Source: Candidatus Azobacteroides sp. | GTDB taxonomy: Bacteria > Bacteroidota > Bacteroidia > Bacteroidales > Azobacteroidaceae | DNA: 64,000 nucleotides | Direction: 5' to 3' | Assembly (NCBI GenBank): GCA_009778655.1 | Contig: WRFZ01000180.1 | Coordinates: 7,495-71,494 of the forward strand | In this document: piece by piece, positions 28,211 to 39,074 of the stretch | How positions within the stretch are numbered: the stretch's first letter is position 1 | How the letters are laid out: the number at the start of each line of letters is the position of its first letter | The notes under the pieces: generated by a model | Told to the model about the DNA's origin: nothing | Databases searched by the model: none | Seen by the model: the letters and a program-made list of their open reading frames with translations, nothing else | Translations under genes and position numbers: made by a program

Positions 28211-29686
28211 TCAACCTAATTTCGCAATAATCGGAAGTAAACTGTCCCGGATTATATCGGATATTCCCAAAGGATACATACCCATTACCGCAATTCCCAC
28301 AATCAAAAAGACAGCGGATATTTTTTCATACCAAGCCGCATCCGGCAAATGAAGATGATGACTGTCTTGAACCGGTCCGTACAACAGTTTTGCTATCGTC
28401 CGCAAAATATACACGGCTGTGATTACAATCGAAGCGCAAGCGATAATCGTAAAAGTCCGATGAAAGAGATCGGAATGTTGGAACGAGCCGACAAAAATTG
28501 TCATTTCCGCCACAAATCCGCTTAAGCCCGGAAGCCCCAAGGAAGCCAACCCCGCAATCACATAACAGACCGAGGCAAACGGCATGATTTTCATCAAACC
28601 TCCCATTTCGCGAATGTCGCGCGTATGCGTTCTGCCGTAAATCAACCCGATCAAGGAAAAGAACAGGGCCGTCATCAAACCGTGCGAAAGCATCTGCATA
28701 ATCGCGCCGGTCATTGCCGTTTGATTCATCATCAGAATGGCAAACAATACCAATCCGCAGTGACTCACCGACGAATAAGCATTGATGTATTTTAAGTCGG
28801 TCTGTACGACCGCGCTGAAAGCGCCGTAAACTACGCTGATGCCGGTCAGAACCAAGAAAAGCGTACTAAATTCGTGAGCCGCTTCCGGCATTAAATAAAT
28901 GGCAACGCGAAAGCAACCGTAACCGCCCAATTTCATTAAAACGCCTGCATGGAGCATAGAAACGGCGGTAGGCGCTGAAGAGTGACCATCCGGCGACCAT
29001 GTGTGGAACGGAAATAAGGCGCCCAAAACTCCGAACCCCAAGAATGTAGCGGGAAATATCCATCGTTGTTGTTCAATCGGGATATGAAGATTATTTGCAA
29101 TTTCCAATAAATTCATGCTGGCGTGTCCGGAAGTATAATAGATACCGATAATACCCACCAATAGGAAAGCCGATCCTCCCATCAGCATAAGCGTCAATTT
29201 CATAGCGGCATATTCTTTTCTCCCTGTCCCCCACAATCCGATTAAAAGGTACATCGGAATCAATGCTACTTCATAAAATAAGAACATGGTGAACAAGTCA
29301 ATGGATATAAAGAATCCGAATACGCCTGTTGACAGAAGGCAATACCACAAGAAAAATTCTTTTGCCATATTCATATTCCAAGAAGAAAATACGCCCGTAA
29401 ATACAATAAGAGACGCTAATACCAGCATCAATACCGAAATTCCGTCAACGCCTACCGCGTAGGTAATATTCAGAGGTTCATACCATACGATTTGAGACAC
29501 AAAAAGCATTTCGTCGCCGGAGACTGCACGTTCTTTGATAAATAAAACCACAAGGGTTGCCGCCAAAACCAATAAGGCTGAGGCTCCCGTTACCATAACG
29601 GCGCGAATTTGCTTGACGTCTTTGCATATAAACAATATCAACATCATCAGCAACGGAATAGCGACAAACAAAGATAAAATATTCAT
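28211..29686 (-). CDS. nuoM: NADH-quinone oxidoreductase subunit M
   Basis: GVDGIS, FYEVALIPMY, PFHTWSPDGH and LGLPGLSGFVAE. Confidence 0.96.
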   Translation of the reverse strand: MNILSLFVAIPLLMMLILFICKDVKQIRAVMVTGASALLVLAATLVVLFIKERAVSGDEMLFVSQIVWYEPLNITYAVGVDGISVLMLVLASLIVFTGVFSSWNMNMAKEFFLWYCLLSTGVFGFFISIDLFTMFLFYEVALIPMYLLIGLWGTGRKEYAAMKLTLMLMGGSAFLLVGIIGIYYTSGHASMNLLEIANNLHIPIEQQRWIFPATFLGFGVLGALFPFHTWSPDGHSSAPTAVSMLHAGVLMKLGGYGCFRVAIYLMPEAAHEFSTLFLVLTGISVVYGAFSAVVQTDLKYINAYSSVSHCGLVLFAILMMNQTAMTGAIMQMLSHGLMTALFFSLIGLIYGRTHTRDIREMGGLMKIMPFASVCYVIAGLASLGLPGLSGFVAEMTIFVGSFQHSDLFHRTFTIIACASIVITAVYILRTIAKLLYGPVQDSHHLHLPDAAWYEKISAVFLIVGIAVMGMYPLGISDIIRDSLLPIIAKLG

Positions 29687-29723
29687 ATAATAATTTATTT
29701 CTTAAAGGTTACAGGAAATTCGT

Positions 29724-31637
29724 TCATAAAAATAACGCGAATGCGGCAATCAGCAACGAACCGAATATAAATACCCAAGCATAAAATCGAACCTGACCGG
29801 ATTGCAATCCTTTGATTGCAGCGGATGCTTTTTGCGTCGTCCAAGCCAAACCGTTCATACTGCCGTCAACAACATTGGAATCGAACCATCGAACCGGGTT
29901 GCAGATGTAACGGAATACAAGCGTTGTTGAAAACCAAATCCATACTTCATCCAAATAGAATTTATGAAGCGCCGCTTTATAAATAATACCCATAGATTGT
30001 GCAATTTCGGCCGGTTTCTTGCTGTCTTTGAAATAAAGCAAGAATGCAACTCCGATACCGATTACCGCCACCAAAATACTCATTGAAGCTACCAACCCGT
30101 CAATATGCGTATGGAACGATACAGAGTCGGTACTGATGAAATCGGAAAAAGGAATGAATCCCGTAAAAACGGAAAATGCCGCTAAAATCATCAAAGGAAG
30201 CGCCATAGTCAACGGCGATTCATGGGGTTTATGATGTTCGTCGTAATGCCGTTCGCCGTTCCGGAAAATTCGGAAATACAAACGGAACATATAAAAAGCG
30301 GTTAATCCGGCTACAATCCATAATGTCCAGAAAACAACCGGTTGATTGTGGAACGCCGCCGCCAATATCTCGTCTTTACTGAAAAATCCCGAAAAAGGAG
30401 GAATGCCGGAAATGGACAAACAAGCAATCAAGAACGTCCAACTCGTTATTTTCATGTATTTATGTAAACCGCCCATGTCATCCATTTCATTGCTGTGAAC
30501 AGCGTGAATCACCGAACCTGCGCCCAAGAACAGCAAGGCTTTAAAGAAAGCGTGCGTAAACAAATGGAACATGGAAGCCATATATCCTAAACCGTCATGC
30601 CCTCCGTAGCCCGAAACGCCCAAAGCCGCCATCATATAAGCAATTTGCGAAATGGTCGAAAAAGCCAGCACCCGTTTGATGTCGGTCTGCGTAATTGCAA
30701 TAACCGCCGCAAACAGAGCGGTAAATGCTCCGATATAAGCAATCATTGTCAACACATCGGGAGCGGCAAAGAAATATACGGGAAATAAACGGGCAACCAA
30801 ATAAACGCCGGCCACAACCATCGTAGCCGCATGGATTAAGGCCGATACGGGAGTGGGGCCTTCCATTGCGTCGGGCAACCAAATATGCAGCGGGAACATC
30901 GCCGATTTTCCGGCGCCTCCCATAAAAATCAACGCCATTGACCAAGTAGCAACCGACAAACCCATGAAAGTTCCTCCGGCCATCGAAGCGGTCGCCAAGG
31001 AAGCATGATCGGAGGTCAATAAGCCGAAGTCGAACGTTTTTGTATAATACGACAAAATCAGTATTCCTATCAAAAATCCCAAGTCGGCGAAACGGGTAAC
31101 GATAAACGCTTTTTTGGAAGCCGATACCGCCGAAGGTTTCGTATAATAAAATCCGATCAGCGAATAGGAACTTACGCCTACCAACTCCCAGAAAATATAC
31201 ATTTGAAAAATATTGGTGGCTACAACCAATCCCAACATGGAGAAACTAAACAAGGAAAGCAATGCGAAATACCGCTGAAATCCCGTTTCTCCTTTCATAT
31301 AGCCCAAACTGTAAAGATGAACCATCAATGAAACGGTCGTAATGACAACCAACATCATCACTGAAATCGGATCCAACAAAATGCCTAAATCAATATGTAA
31401 ATTATCGGTAAACCGTAACCATTCCCAATTGAATGGAATGATGGTTTGCCATTCTTCGCCCGTTTTTCCCGTTTGGAAAAAATATTGAAATGCCGCCGTA
31501 TAAGCAAGAATTGCACAAAGCGCCATTCCCAATGTGCCAATTATTCCGGCAACCGACGGCTTAAATTTTGTCCCTACTAATCCCAACAATAAGAAGAGAA
31601 GAAAGGGAGTTACTATGATAAATAAACTGTATTCCAT
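29724..31637 (-). CDS. nuoL: NADH-quinone oxidoreductase subunit L
   Basis: KSAMFPLHIWLPDAMEGPTPVSALIHAATMV and THAFFKALLFL. Confidence 0.97.
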   Translation of the reverse strand: MEYSLFIIVTPFLLFLLLGLVGTKFKPSVAGIIGTLGMALCAILAYTAAFQYFFQTGKTGEEWQTIIPFNWEWLRFTDNLHIDLGILLDPISVMMLVVITTVSLMVHLYSLGYMKGETGFQRYFALLSLFSFSMLGLVVATNIFQMYIFWELVGVSSYSLIGFYYTKPSAVSASKKAFIVTRFADLGFLIGILILSYYTKTFDFGLLTSDHASLATASMAGGTFMGLSVATWSMALIFMGGAGKSAMFPLHIWLPDAMEGPTPVSALIHAATMVVAGVYLVARLFPVYFFAAPDVLTMIAYIGAFTALFAAVIAITQTDIKRVLAFSTISQIAYMMAALGVSGYGGHDGLGYMASMFHLFTHAFFKALLFLGAGSVIHAVHSNEMDDMGGLHKYMKITSWTFLIACLSISGIPPFSGFFSKDEILAAAFHNQPVVFWTLWIVAGLTAFYMFRLYFRIFRNGERHYDEHHKPHESPLTMALPLMILAAFSVFTGFIPFSDFISTDSVSFHTHIDGLVASMSILVAVIGIGVAFLLYFKDSKKPAEIAQSMGIIYKAALHKFYLDEVWIWFSTTLVFRYICNPVRWFDSNVVDGSMNGLAWTTQKASAAIKGLQSGQVRFYAWVFIFGSLLIAAFALFL

Positions 31638-31638
31638 T

Positions 31639-31947
31639 TTATTCTTTCATTTTACTCAGATTCTTAATATCAATATTCCCGACGGTACGGTAGGCGTTAA
31701 TAATAATCGCCAAGGCTACAGCCGTTTCAGCCGCAGTAATCGCTATGCCGAATAAAGTAAAAAACATACCGTCTAAATGTTGGGGATGAAGATAACGGTT
31801 GAAAACGGCAAAGTTGATTTCAACCGCATTCAAAACCAATTCCAATGAAATCAGAATGGCAATCATGTTCTTTCTCGTAACAAAACCGAATATTCCGACA
31901 AAGAACATCACTGTACTGATTATAAGGTAATATTCCATTTTTATCAT
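31639..31947 (-). CDS. nuoK: NADH-quinone oxidoreductase subunit K
   Basis: SLELVLNA and AAETAVALAI; start set to ATG 31947. Confidence 0.95.
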   Translation of the reverse strand: MIKMEYYLIISTVMFFVGIFGFVTRKNMIAILISLELVLNAVEINFAVFNRYLHPQHLDGMFFTLFGIAITAAETAVALAIIINAYRTVGNIDIKNLSKMKE

Positions 31948-31954
31948 AATCTTG

Positions 31955-32476
31955 CTATTTTTTTCGTGCAATTAAAATTCCGCCGATGATACATGCCAGC
32001 AACAATACGCTCAATATTTCAAAAGGCAAAAGATATTGGTGTTTTCCCGTACCCAACAACGTTTGACCGATTACTTTCATATTGATTTCCCAGTCGCCGG
32101 TAAGACCCGGCCCCGGAGCATACAAAAACCGATGTTTCATCCAAGCGAATACGGTAACGGCGACTCCCAAAATTACGGCCAACGCACCGTAAACATATCT
32201 CTGAAACGAATGACCCAACAGCATTTCGCCTTTGTTCGTGGTAAGGAAAATAGCAAATACGAATAATATCACGACTCCTCCGGCATAAACCGACAGTTGA
32301 ACGGCAGCCAGAAAATGGAAATTTAAAAATAAATACAAACCGGCGGTACATATTAATACCAAAAGGAGGTAAATCGCCGCTCGCAATAAACTTCGCGTTG
32401 TTATCGCCAATACGGATAATAGCAGCATCGCTATTCCCACGCAGAAAAACAGAATTAAATTAATTATAGGATCCAT
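31955..32476 (-). CDS. nuoJ: NADH-quinone oxidoreductase subunit J
   Basis: QLSVYAGGVVILFVF and LPFEILSVLLL. Confidence 0.95.
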   Translation of the reverse strand: MDPIINLILFFCVGIAMLLLSVLAITTRSLLRAAIYLLLVLICTAGLYLFLNFHFLAAVQLSVYAGGVVILFVFAIFLTTNKGEMLLGHSFQRYVYGALAVILGVAVTVFAWMKHRFLYAPGPGLTGDWEINMKVIGQTLLGTGKHQYLLPFEILSVLLLACIIGGILIARKK

Positions 32477-32477
32477 A

Positions 32478-32948
32478 TTATTCTTTCTTTTTCTTCATTA
32501 GAGTTGAACCTTCGTGATTCAATTGTTGTACCAATTTGGCTTTTGTAAATAAAGCATGTTCAAAATTCGTTGACCATGCAATCGCACCTTGCGGACAGGT
32601 CATCGTACATAATGCACAATAAATGCAACATCCGAGATCGTAGGTGTATCTGTCGAGTACCCTTTTTTCTTTGCCGGTTTCCTCATCCGACACTTTTTTA
32701 CTGATCACTTGAATTGTACCGTTCGGACAATTCGTTTCACAGATTCCGCAAGCGGTACATTTGTGCTCGTTATTTTCGTTGTGCGGCATAATCAATTCGC
32801 CGCGCAAGCGTTCGTGAGGAAAAACCTTTCCTCTGTTTTCGGGATATTGTTCCGTCACTTTCGGACGAACAAAGTTAAGCCAAGCGATGTACAATCCTTG
32901 CAACAGATGCCAAATCCCAAGCAGCAGATTTTTGATATATTTCACCAT
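32478..32948 (-). CDS. nuoI: NADH-quinone oxidoreductase subunit I
   Basis: VTEQYPE; two CxxCxxCxxxCP 4Fe-4S motifs. Confidence 0.95.
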   Translation of the reverse strand: MVKYIKNLLLGIWHLLQGLYIAWLNFVRPKVTEQYPENRGKVFPHERLRGELIMPHNENNEHKCTACGICETNCPNGTIQVISKKVSDEETGKEKRVLDRYTYDLGCCIYCALCTMTCPQGAIAWSTNFEHALFTKAKLVQQLNHEGSTLMKKKKE

Positions 32949-32954
32949 ATTATA

Positions 32955-34016
32955 TTACAGTACTAAAAGCGTCATCAATAGTATATTAATCAAACTGATC
33001 GGCATCAGTATTTTCCATTCGAGCGACAACAATTGGTCAATACGCAAACGGGGGAAAGACCAACGAACCCACAAAGCGAGGAAAATACAGAAAAATGTTT
33101 TACCTAAAAACCACAGAACCGGCGGAATGTAATCCATGATTCCGTTGAAACTTTCCCAACCCGGAATATGCAACGGCATCCAGCCTCCCAGAAATACGGT
33201 AGCGGCAATAGCGGCTATTATGAACATATTCAAGTATTCCGCCAAATAGAAAAACCCGAACTGAATACCGGAATATTCGGTATGATAGCCGGCGGTTAAT
33301 TCCGATTCCGCTTCCGGCAAATCGAAAGGTCCCCGGTTGGTTTCGGCGTGTCCGGCAATCAAGTAAATTATAAATGCGATTAAAGCCGGAATATGTCCTT
33401 TGAAAATAAACCATGCATCCGCTTGCTGTTCAACAATCTGAGAAAGTTGCATCGTCCCCGATAAAACGACGATGGCTAAAAGCGACAAGCCGCAGGATAA
33501 TTCGTAGCTGATTAATTGCGCTCCGGAACGCATCGCGCCGATCAATGTATATTTATTGTTGCTCGACCATCCGGCAATAAGGATTCCCACAACGCCTATG
33601 GAAGATACGGCAAGCAAATAAAATACGCCGATATTAAAATCAACCGCCTGCAAACCTTTATCGAAAGGAATTGCGCCAAAAGTACAGATGGATGCGATAA
33701 TGACCAAATAACAGGCTAAACGGAAAAGAAAGGGATCAACTTTATTGATTTTGATAATCTCTTTCAGAAGGATTTTTACCATATCCGCCACGCTTTGGAG
33801 AACCCCGAAAGGGCCTACACGATTCGGTCCGATACGGCATTGAAAGAAAGCGCATACTTTTCTTTCCAAATAGATTAATATCAGAGCCAATACGGAATAA
33901 ACGGTCAGAATAACCACTCCTATTAAGATAAACTCTATAAGTAGCGTCCATCCCTCCGATAAGTGTTCTCTGAGTAAAGCGTCTATCCAATTCGTTACTA
34001 CCTCAAAATGAAACAT
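32955..34016 (-). CDS. nuoH: NADH-quinone oxidoreductase subunit H
   Basis: ERK...R.GPNRVG and [27 protein letters not shown]. Confidence 0.97.
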   Translation of the reverse strand: MFHFEVVTNWIDALLREHLSEGWTLLIEFILIGVVILTVYSVLALILIYLERKVCAFFQCRIGPNRVGPFGVLQSVADMVKILLKEIIKINKVDPFLFRLACYLVIIASICTFGAIPFDKGLQAVDFNIGVFYLLAVSSIGVVGILIAGWSSNNKYTLIGAMRSGAQLISYELSCGLSLLAIVVLSGTMQLSQIVEQQADAWFIFKGHIPALIAFIIYLIAGHAETNRGPFDLPEAESELTAGYHTEYSGIQFGFFYLAEYLNMFIIAAIAATVFLGGWMPLHIPGWESFNGIMDYIPPVLWFLGKTFFCIFLALWVRWSFPRLRIDQLLSLEWKILMPISLINILLMTLLVL

Positions 34017-34024
34017 GTTTTAAT

Positions 34025-34066
34025 ACTTATAACTTAAAACTTATTACTTAAAACTTATCACTTAAA
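34025..34066. repeat. Heptamer tandem repeat (ACTTATN-ACTTAAA)x3
   Basis: Six 7-bp units fill the nuoCD-nuoH spacer. Confidence 0.85.
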
Positions 34067-34067
34067 A

Positions 34068-35702
34068 CTACCTGTCTATACAAGGTACAACATAATCCAG
34101 CGAACCTCCGAGCATAATCAAGTCGGCTACCTTAGTTTCCACAGCGATAGCTTTCAACGTATTGACCAAAGTCATGGAAGGAGAACGGAATTTAACCCGG
34201 TAAGGATACTTGTCTCCCCGACTGTTGATATATACGTCAAATTCGCCCCGGGCATTTTCAACCCGTTGGAAGTATTCTCCTTCCGGCAACCGGATAACGG
34301 CTTTTGTTTTCGCCGCATAATCGCCTTCCGGAATGTTATCAATCAATTGTTCGATGATATGCAACGATTCTGCGATTTCATCCAAACGAATAACGTATCG
34401 GTCGAAAGTCATACCGTCCGTTCGTAACATTTCTTTAAAATCAACATGAGGATAAGCGGCATACGGTTCAATCTTCCGAATATCGTTGCTCCAACCGGAA
34501 GCCCGGCCTGTAGGCCCCGTCGCTCCAAGAGCGATCGCTTTTTCTTTACTCAAATATCCCACGCCATCCATCCGGTCACGAGCAATCGGATTACCCGTAA
34601 ACAAGAGGTGATGTTCTTTCAGCATTTTACGCATATAAGGAATAAATTCCTTGACTTTTCGTTGAAAATTCGGATGAATATCAGCCATCACTCCTCCGAT
34701 AACACTGTAGTTAGCCATCAAACGGCCGCCGCAGGTTTCTTCGAAGATGTCCATGATTTTCTCGCGATCGCGCATCCCGTAAACAAACGCCGTAATCGCT
34801 CCCATATCCATCGCAATACAGCCCCAACCCAACAAGTGGGAAGCAATACGTCCCAATTCGTCAATAATCGTGCGTATATAATGCGCCCGTTCCGGCACTT
34901 CCAATTCTAATCCTTTCTCAATCGCCAAACACAAGCCGTGACGATTAATCGGCCCGGAAACATAGTCCATCCGGTCGGGCAAGTGAAGCATTTGCGGATA
35001 GGCGTAAGTTTCGCACATTTTTTCGATTCCCCGGTGAATGTATCCGAAAATCGGATCAATCTTTTTGATAATTTCACCATCGAGGGACACTCGTAAATGA
35101 AGCACGCCATGTGTAGCTGGATGCTGCGGACCGAAGTTTACGACATATTCATCGGCTTCAAAAAGCTTATGTTGATGTTCAAATTTTTGACCGTGATTTA
35201 CTTCAATAACCGGTATGTTTTCCATATCGTCCAAGTCCTCATTGTCCATCGGAATCGGATTGATTGCCGGATCAGCGTCATAGTCTTTTCGTAACGGATA
35301 GCCTTTCCAATCTTGACGCAGAAACAAACGGCGCATGTCGGGATGGTTAATGAAACGAATACCGAAAAAATCATGAACTTCTCTCTCGTACAAACCGGCG
35401 GAATCCCACAGCTCGTGAAGCGAATCCAACAGCGGATCTTCCCGTTCGGGCGTTTCGGTTTTTAAACGAAGTATATAAGTCGGATACAAGGAACTCGACA
35501 AAATATAAATAACACCCAAAGTATCACCATAATCCATTCCGACAATATCAATCAGAAAATCAAAAGGAACGGTATCGTTATTTCGCAGTGCGGAAGCTGT
35601 TTCATGGATATTCTCTTTGGGAACGGAAACCGAATAAAATTTATCTTTCTGTTCAACGGTAGCGTAAGGAAATTGCAACAATAAATCGTCAATTGCTTTC
35701 AT
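34068..35702 (-). CDS. nuoCD: NADH-quinone oxidoreductase fused subunit C/D
   Basis: [13 protein letters not shown]...GYPLRKD (C part); [19 protein letters not shown] and RMDY (D part). Confidence 0.96.
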   Translation of the reverse strand: MKAIDDLLLQFPYATVEQKDKFYSVSVPKENIHETASALRNNDTVPFDFLIDIVGMDYGDTLGVIYILSSSLYPTYILRLKTETPEREDPLLDSLHELWDSAGLYEREVHDFFGIRFINHPDMRRLFLRQDWKGYPLRKDYDADPAINPIPMDNEDLDDMENIPVIEVNHGQKFEHQHKLFEADEYVVNFGPQHPATHGVLHLRVSLDGEIIKKIDPIFGYIHRGIEKMCETYAYPQMLHLPDRMDYVSGPINRHGLCLAIEKGLELEVPERAHYIRTIIDELGRIASHLLGWGCIAMDMGAITAFVYGMRDREKIMDIFEETCGGRLMANYSVIGGVMADIHPNFQRKVKEFIPYMRKMLKEHHLLFTGNPIARDRMDGVGYLSKEKAIALGATGPTGRASGWSNDIRKIEPYAAYPHVDFKEMLRTDGMTFDRYVIRLDEIAESLHIIEQLIDNIPEGDYAAKTKAVIRLPEGEYFQRVENARGEFDVYINSRGDKYPYRVKFRSPSMTLVNTLKAIAVETKVADLIMLGGSLDYVVPCIDR

Positions 35703-36340
35703 TGATTGCCTCCTTTCTCTACATTCTCGTTCGTATCATTAAAAGCAGCCGTAAACTCCTTCTGATTTTCCGGATGCGGCTGTTTCGGTAATCTAAAAAA
35801 CTCCTGCAATTTAATTTTTCGCGCCAACTGCATCATGCCGTAAATCATGGCATCGGGTCTCGGCGGACATCCGGGAATATATACATCCACCGGAATGATT
35901 TGATCCACACCCATCACCGTATGGTACGATTTTTTAAACGGGCCGCCGCTGATGGCGCAACTTCCGAAAGCCATTACGTATTTCGGTTCAGCCATCTGCT
36001 CGTATAAGCGTTTCAAAACGGGAGCCATTTTGTGTACAATGGTACCGCAACAGAAAACGACGTCGGCTTGGCGCGGACTGTTACGGGTTACTTCCCATCC
36101 GAACCGGGCAAAATCGTAACGAGCGGCTCCCAGACACATAAATTCAATACCGCAACAGCTGGTAGCAAAAGTTAAAGGCCATACCGAATTGGAGCGTCCC
36201 CAGTTGATTAGGTCATCCAATTTGGAAACAACGACGTTCACTCCGTTTGCTCTCAATTCACGTACATATTCTTCGAGGTATTCGTTTTCTTTGAAATCCT
36301 CGGTTTTCATGTTCTTGATACGAATATCTTTTACATCCAT
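35699..36340 (-). CDS. nuoB: NADH-quinone oxidoreductase subunit B
   Basis: [20 protein letters not shown] and [13 protein letters not shown]; start set to ATG 36340. Confidence 0.96.
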   Translation of the reverse strand: MDVKDIRIKNMKTEDFKENEYLEEYVRELRANGVNVVVSKLDDLINWGRSNSVWPLTFATSCCGIEFMCLGAARYDFARFGWEVTRNSPRQADVVFCCGTIVHKMAPVLKRLYEQMAEPKYVMAFGSCAISGGPFKKSYHTVMGVDQIIPVDVYIPGCPPRPDAMIYGMMQLARKIKLQEFFRLPKQPHPENQKEFTAAFNDTNENVEKGGNQ

Positions 36341-36684
36341 TGCAAAGCTCCTTTCTTCCAAGCGTAAGCTAATCCCAAAGCGAGGATTATTAAAAAGAAT
36401 GAAACCAAAACCAACCCTTGCACACCCACGTCTTTCATTATGACTGCCCAAGGAAATAAGAGAACGGTTTCTACATCAAACACTAAATACAGAATGGCAA
36501 ACAGATAATAACCGACTTTGAATTGCGCCCAAGAAGTTCCCCGCGTAGGGATTCCGCACTCGTAAGGCTCTCCTTTCAGCGGGTTTGCAGAGGTGGGAGC
36601 CAACCATTTTGCAAGCAGCAATGCGGCAAAAACCATAAAGATTGCCGTGATAAGAACGACTAAAAATAAAGCTGAATTACTCAT
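36331..36684 (-). CDS. nuoA: NADH-quinone oxidoreductase subunit A
   Basis: PYECG, FDVE..L.PWA and W.KGAL.W; TATATTTG promoter at 36771-36778. Confidence 0.96.
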   Translation of the reverse strand: MSNSALFLVVLITAIFMVFAALLLAKWLAPTSANPLKGEPYECGIPTRGTSWAQFKVGYYLFAILYLVFDVETVLLFPWAVIMKDVGVQGLVLVSFFLIILALGLAYAWKKGALQWM

Positions 36685-36847
36685 GTGAGCTTTGAATTTT
36701 TATGATAAAAATACATAATAAATGACTGTTTAAGCTTTTATCCGTTTTTTTATATTTTATTAAGAATGTGCAAATATAAAACAAATTAGCATGAAAACAA
36801 AAAAAGATAAACAAATTTCAATAAAATTATGCTATATTTGACGCAAA

Positions 36848-38338
36848 TCATACTTTTTCCGGTTGTTTATACATATCTGAAAGGGATTTTTCATCGTCGC
36901 TGATCAGTAAAAGGATGTCGCCTTCGCTCAATTCGGTATTCCCTTTAGGAATAAAATAATGATTTTTTCTTTTCACCATTACCACTAATGTTCTCTCCGG
37001 TAACGCCATATTCATGATTTTATGTCCGGCTTTCAAATGTTCTTTGTTTATTGTTAATTCGCTCATTGCCGATTTTATATCTTCCGAAAATTCCACGTCA
37101 AACTCCGTCAGTTTCATTTCTTCGCGAGATTTTTTCGATAATCCCAGAATTTTAGCCATCCACGATAATGAAGAACCTTGAACAATTAGCGATAGAATGG
37201 TAATAAAGAAAACAATATTAAAAATCATTTTCGCTTGCGAAATATTCGCTATCCACGGATAAGTGGCGAAAATAATGGGAACGGCTCCCCGTAATCCCAC
37301 CCACGAAACATAAATCCGGGCTTTCAATGAAATATTTCGAATGGGAAGTAATGACAAAAAAACGGAAAGCGGCCGTCCGACCAATATCATGAATACACCT
37401 ATTAATATAGATACGCCGGCAATAGGCAATAATTCGGACGGATTAACAAGCAGACCCAAGGTCAGGAACATAACGATTTGAACCAACCATGTTAATCCGT
37501 CAAAAAATTTAACTACGCTGCGTTTATGGATAAATTTATTGTTACCGATTACCAATCCCGCAATATAAACCGCGAGGTATCCGTTTCCCTTTATAAAATC
37601 GGCAAACGAAAACACAAAAAACATGCAGGCGATAAGCAATACGGAGTATAAAGAATCATTATCCAGATTGATTTTATTGATAAATCGAACCGCAAGCCGG
37701 CCTAAAAAATATCCGACCAAAGTACCTATGGTTAATTGCATAAAAAAGAACAACACCATTTGCCAAACGGTTTCGGTAGGATTTTTAATAACGGAAATAA
37801 AAGTAATGGTTAACATATAAGCCATCGGGTCGTTACTCCCGCTTTCAAATTCCAACAACGGTCTCAAGTTTTCTTTAAGCGATAATCCTTTGGAACGCAG
37901 AAGACTGAAAACGGAAGCCGAATCGGTGGACGACATCACCGATGCCAAGAGTAAAGACTCTAAAAAAGAAAAAGTGATGCTGACAAAAAAATCGTTGGTT
38001 AACCAATAAATAAAACACCCGGTGAAAACGGCGGTTAAAAGGACGCCGACAATGGAAAGAATGAATCCGGGCACAATAATCGGGCGTATTTCATTATATT
38101 TCGTGTCCATCCCTCCCGAAAACAAAATAACATTCAACGCAATTACACCCACAAATTGAGCTGCTTTGGGATTATAAAAATGGATACCGACGCCATCGCT
38201 TCCCGCCAACATGCCTATCAGTAAGAAAAGCAAAAGAGTGGGAATGCCTATTTTATAACTTGTTTTTCCGGCCAATAAACTTATAAATAATAAGATGGAA
38301 CCGATTAACAATAAATTTTCAGCCGACAAATTACTCAT
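36848..38338 (-). CDS. cvrA: K+/H+ antiporter NhaP2/CvrA with TrkA-C domain
   Basis: SSTDSASVF, LEFESGSNDP and WVGLRGAVPI; C-terminal P.G.T.L..GD. Confidence 0.92.
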   Translation of the reverse strand: MSNLSAENLLLIGSILLFISLLAGKTSYKIGIPTLLLFLLIGMLAGSDGVGIHFYNPKAAQFVGVIALNVILFSGGMDTKYNEIRPIIVPGFILSIVGVLLTAVFTGCFIYWLTNDFFVSITFSFLESLLLASVMSSTDSASVFSLLRSKGLSLKENLRPLLEFESGSNDPMAYMLTITFISVIKNPTETVWQMVLFFFMQLTIGTLVGYFLGRLAVRFINKINLDNDSLYSVLLIACMFFVFSFADFIKGNGYLAVYIAGLVIGNNKFIHKRSVVKFFDGLTWLVQIVMFLTLGLLVNPSELLPIAGVSILIGVFMILVGRPLSVFLSLLPIRNISLKARIYVSWVGLRGAVPIIFATYPWIANISQAKMIFNIVFFITILSLIVQGSSLSWMAKILGLSKKSREEMKLTEFDVEFSEDIKSAMSELTINKEHLKAGHKIMNMALPERTLVVMVKRKNHYFIPKGNTELSEGDILLLISDDEKSLSDMYKQPEKV

Positions 38339-38461
38339 ACAAATACATCTTCCATTTTACGGGGTTTTTTGAGGTGATAAAATTAATCAAAATTTCCGGA
38401 TTTCCCAAATTTTTTATGATTTTCAGCAAAAATAATAAAAAAAGCCTCGAAAGCTTTTTAA

Positions 38462-38531
38462 AATTATGAATTATGAATTATGAATTATTTTGAAAAGTAT
38501 TTTTATAATTTATAATTTATAATTCATAATT
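38462..38531. repeat. Inverted heptamer arrays (AATTATG)n...(YATAATT)n
   Basis: AATTATG x3 + AATTATT (38462-38489), a 14-nt spacer, then TATAATT x3 + CATAATT (38504-38531). Confidence 0.9.
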
Positions 38532-38618
38532 TTATAATCAGTTATATTATCCTCAACATCTGCTGTCGTGTCAACGTCAAAGAGTCCCACACCAATATTT
38601 TATTAACCATAGACGGTT

Positions 38619-39074
38619 CTACCGGCTTTTCTCTACCGTATAGTAAACCGTTTGAAGTTGCGCTTCCCGTAAGTCTCGGCGAATATCGTTTACCAATCCC
38701 ATGGGTGTATCTTTATTTATTTTTAACAAAACTACCGATTGATTTTGTTCTTCCGGTTTCATTGCTTCTTTCATTGCTTGTAATTTAAACAGTATATCTT
38801 CTAAAGCGATTAATTCCGAATTTAATTGAATTTCATACGGATTTTTTTGATTTTCATCGGACGACTTTCCGACAGAAAGATAAACGAGCAATGATTTTTC
38901 TTTTAATTTTTGAAGCTCGGACGCATTCGGCAATTGAACTTGCGTCAATGTCGGTACGGTTCGCATATTCACCGTCAGCAGAAAGAAAAACAATAAGGTA
39001 AAAATCAAATCAGGCAATGCCGCGGTGTTCAATGACGGAACCTTTCTGCGATCATTTTTACGAAATCTACTCAT
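38619..39074 (-). CDS. exbD: ExbD/TolR-family protein
   Basis: NTAALPDLIFTLLFFF and TPMGLVNDI...LR. Confidence 0.88.
   Translation of the reverse strand: MSRFRKNDRRKVPSLNTAALPDLIFTLLFFFLLTVNMRTVPTLTQVQLPNASELQKLKEKSLLVYLSVGKSSDENQKNPYEIQLNSELIALEDILFKLQAMKEAMKPEEQNQSVVLLKINKDTPMGLVNDIRRDLREAQLQTVYYTVEKSR

Noticed and set aside
34068-35702. NiFe-hydrogenase large subunit
   Set aside because: It lacks both CxxC motifs and has the NuoD signatures GPQHP..HG and RxDY
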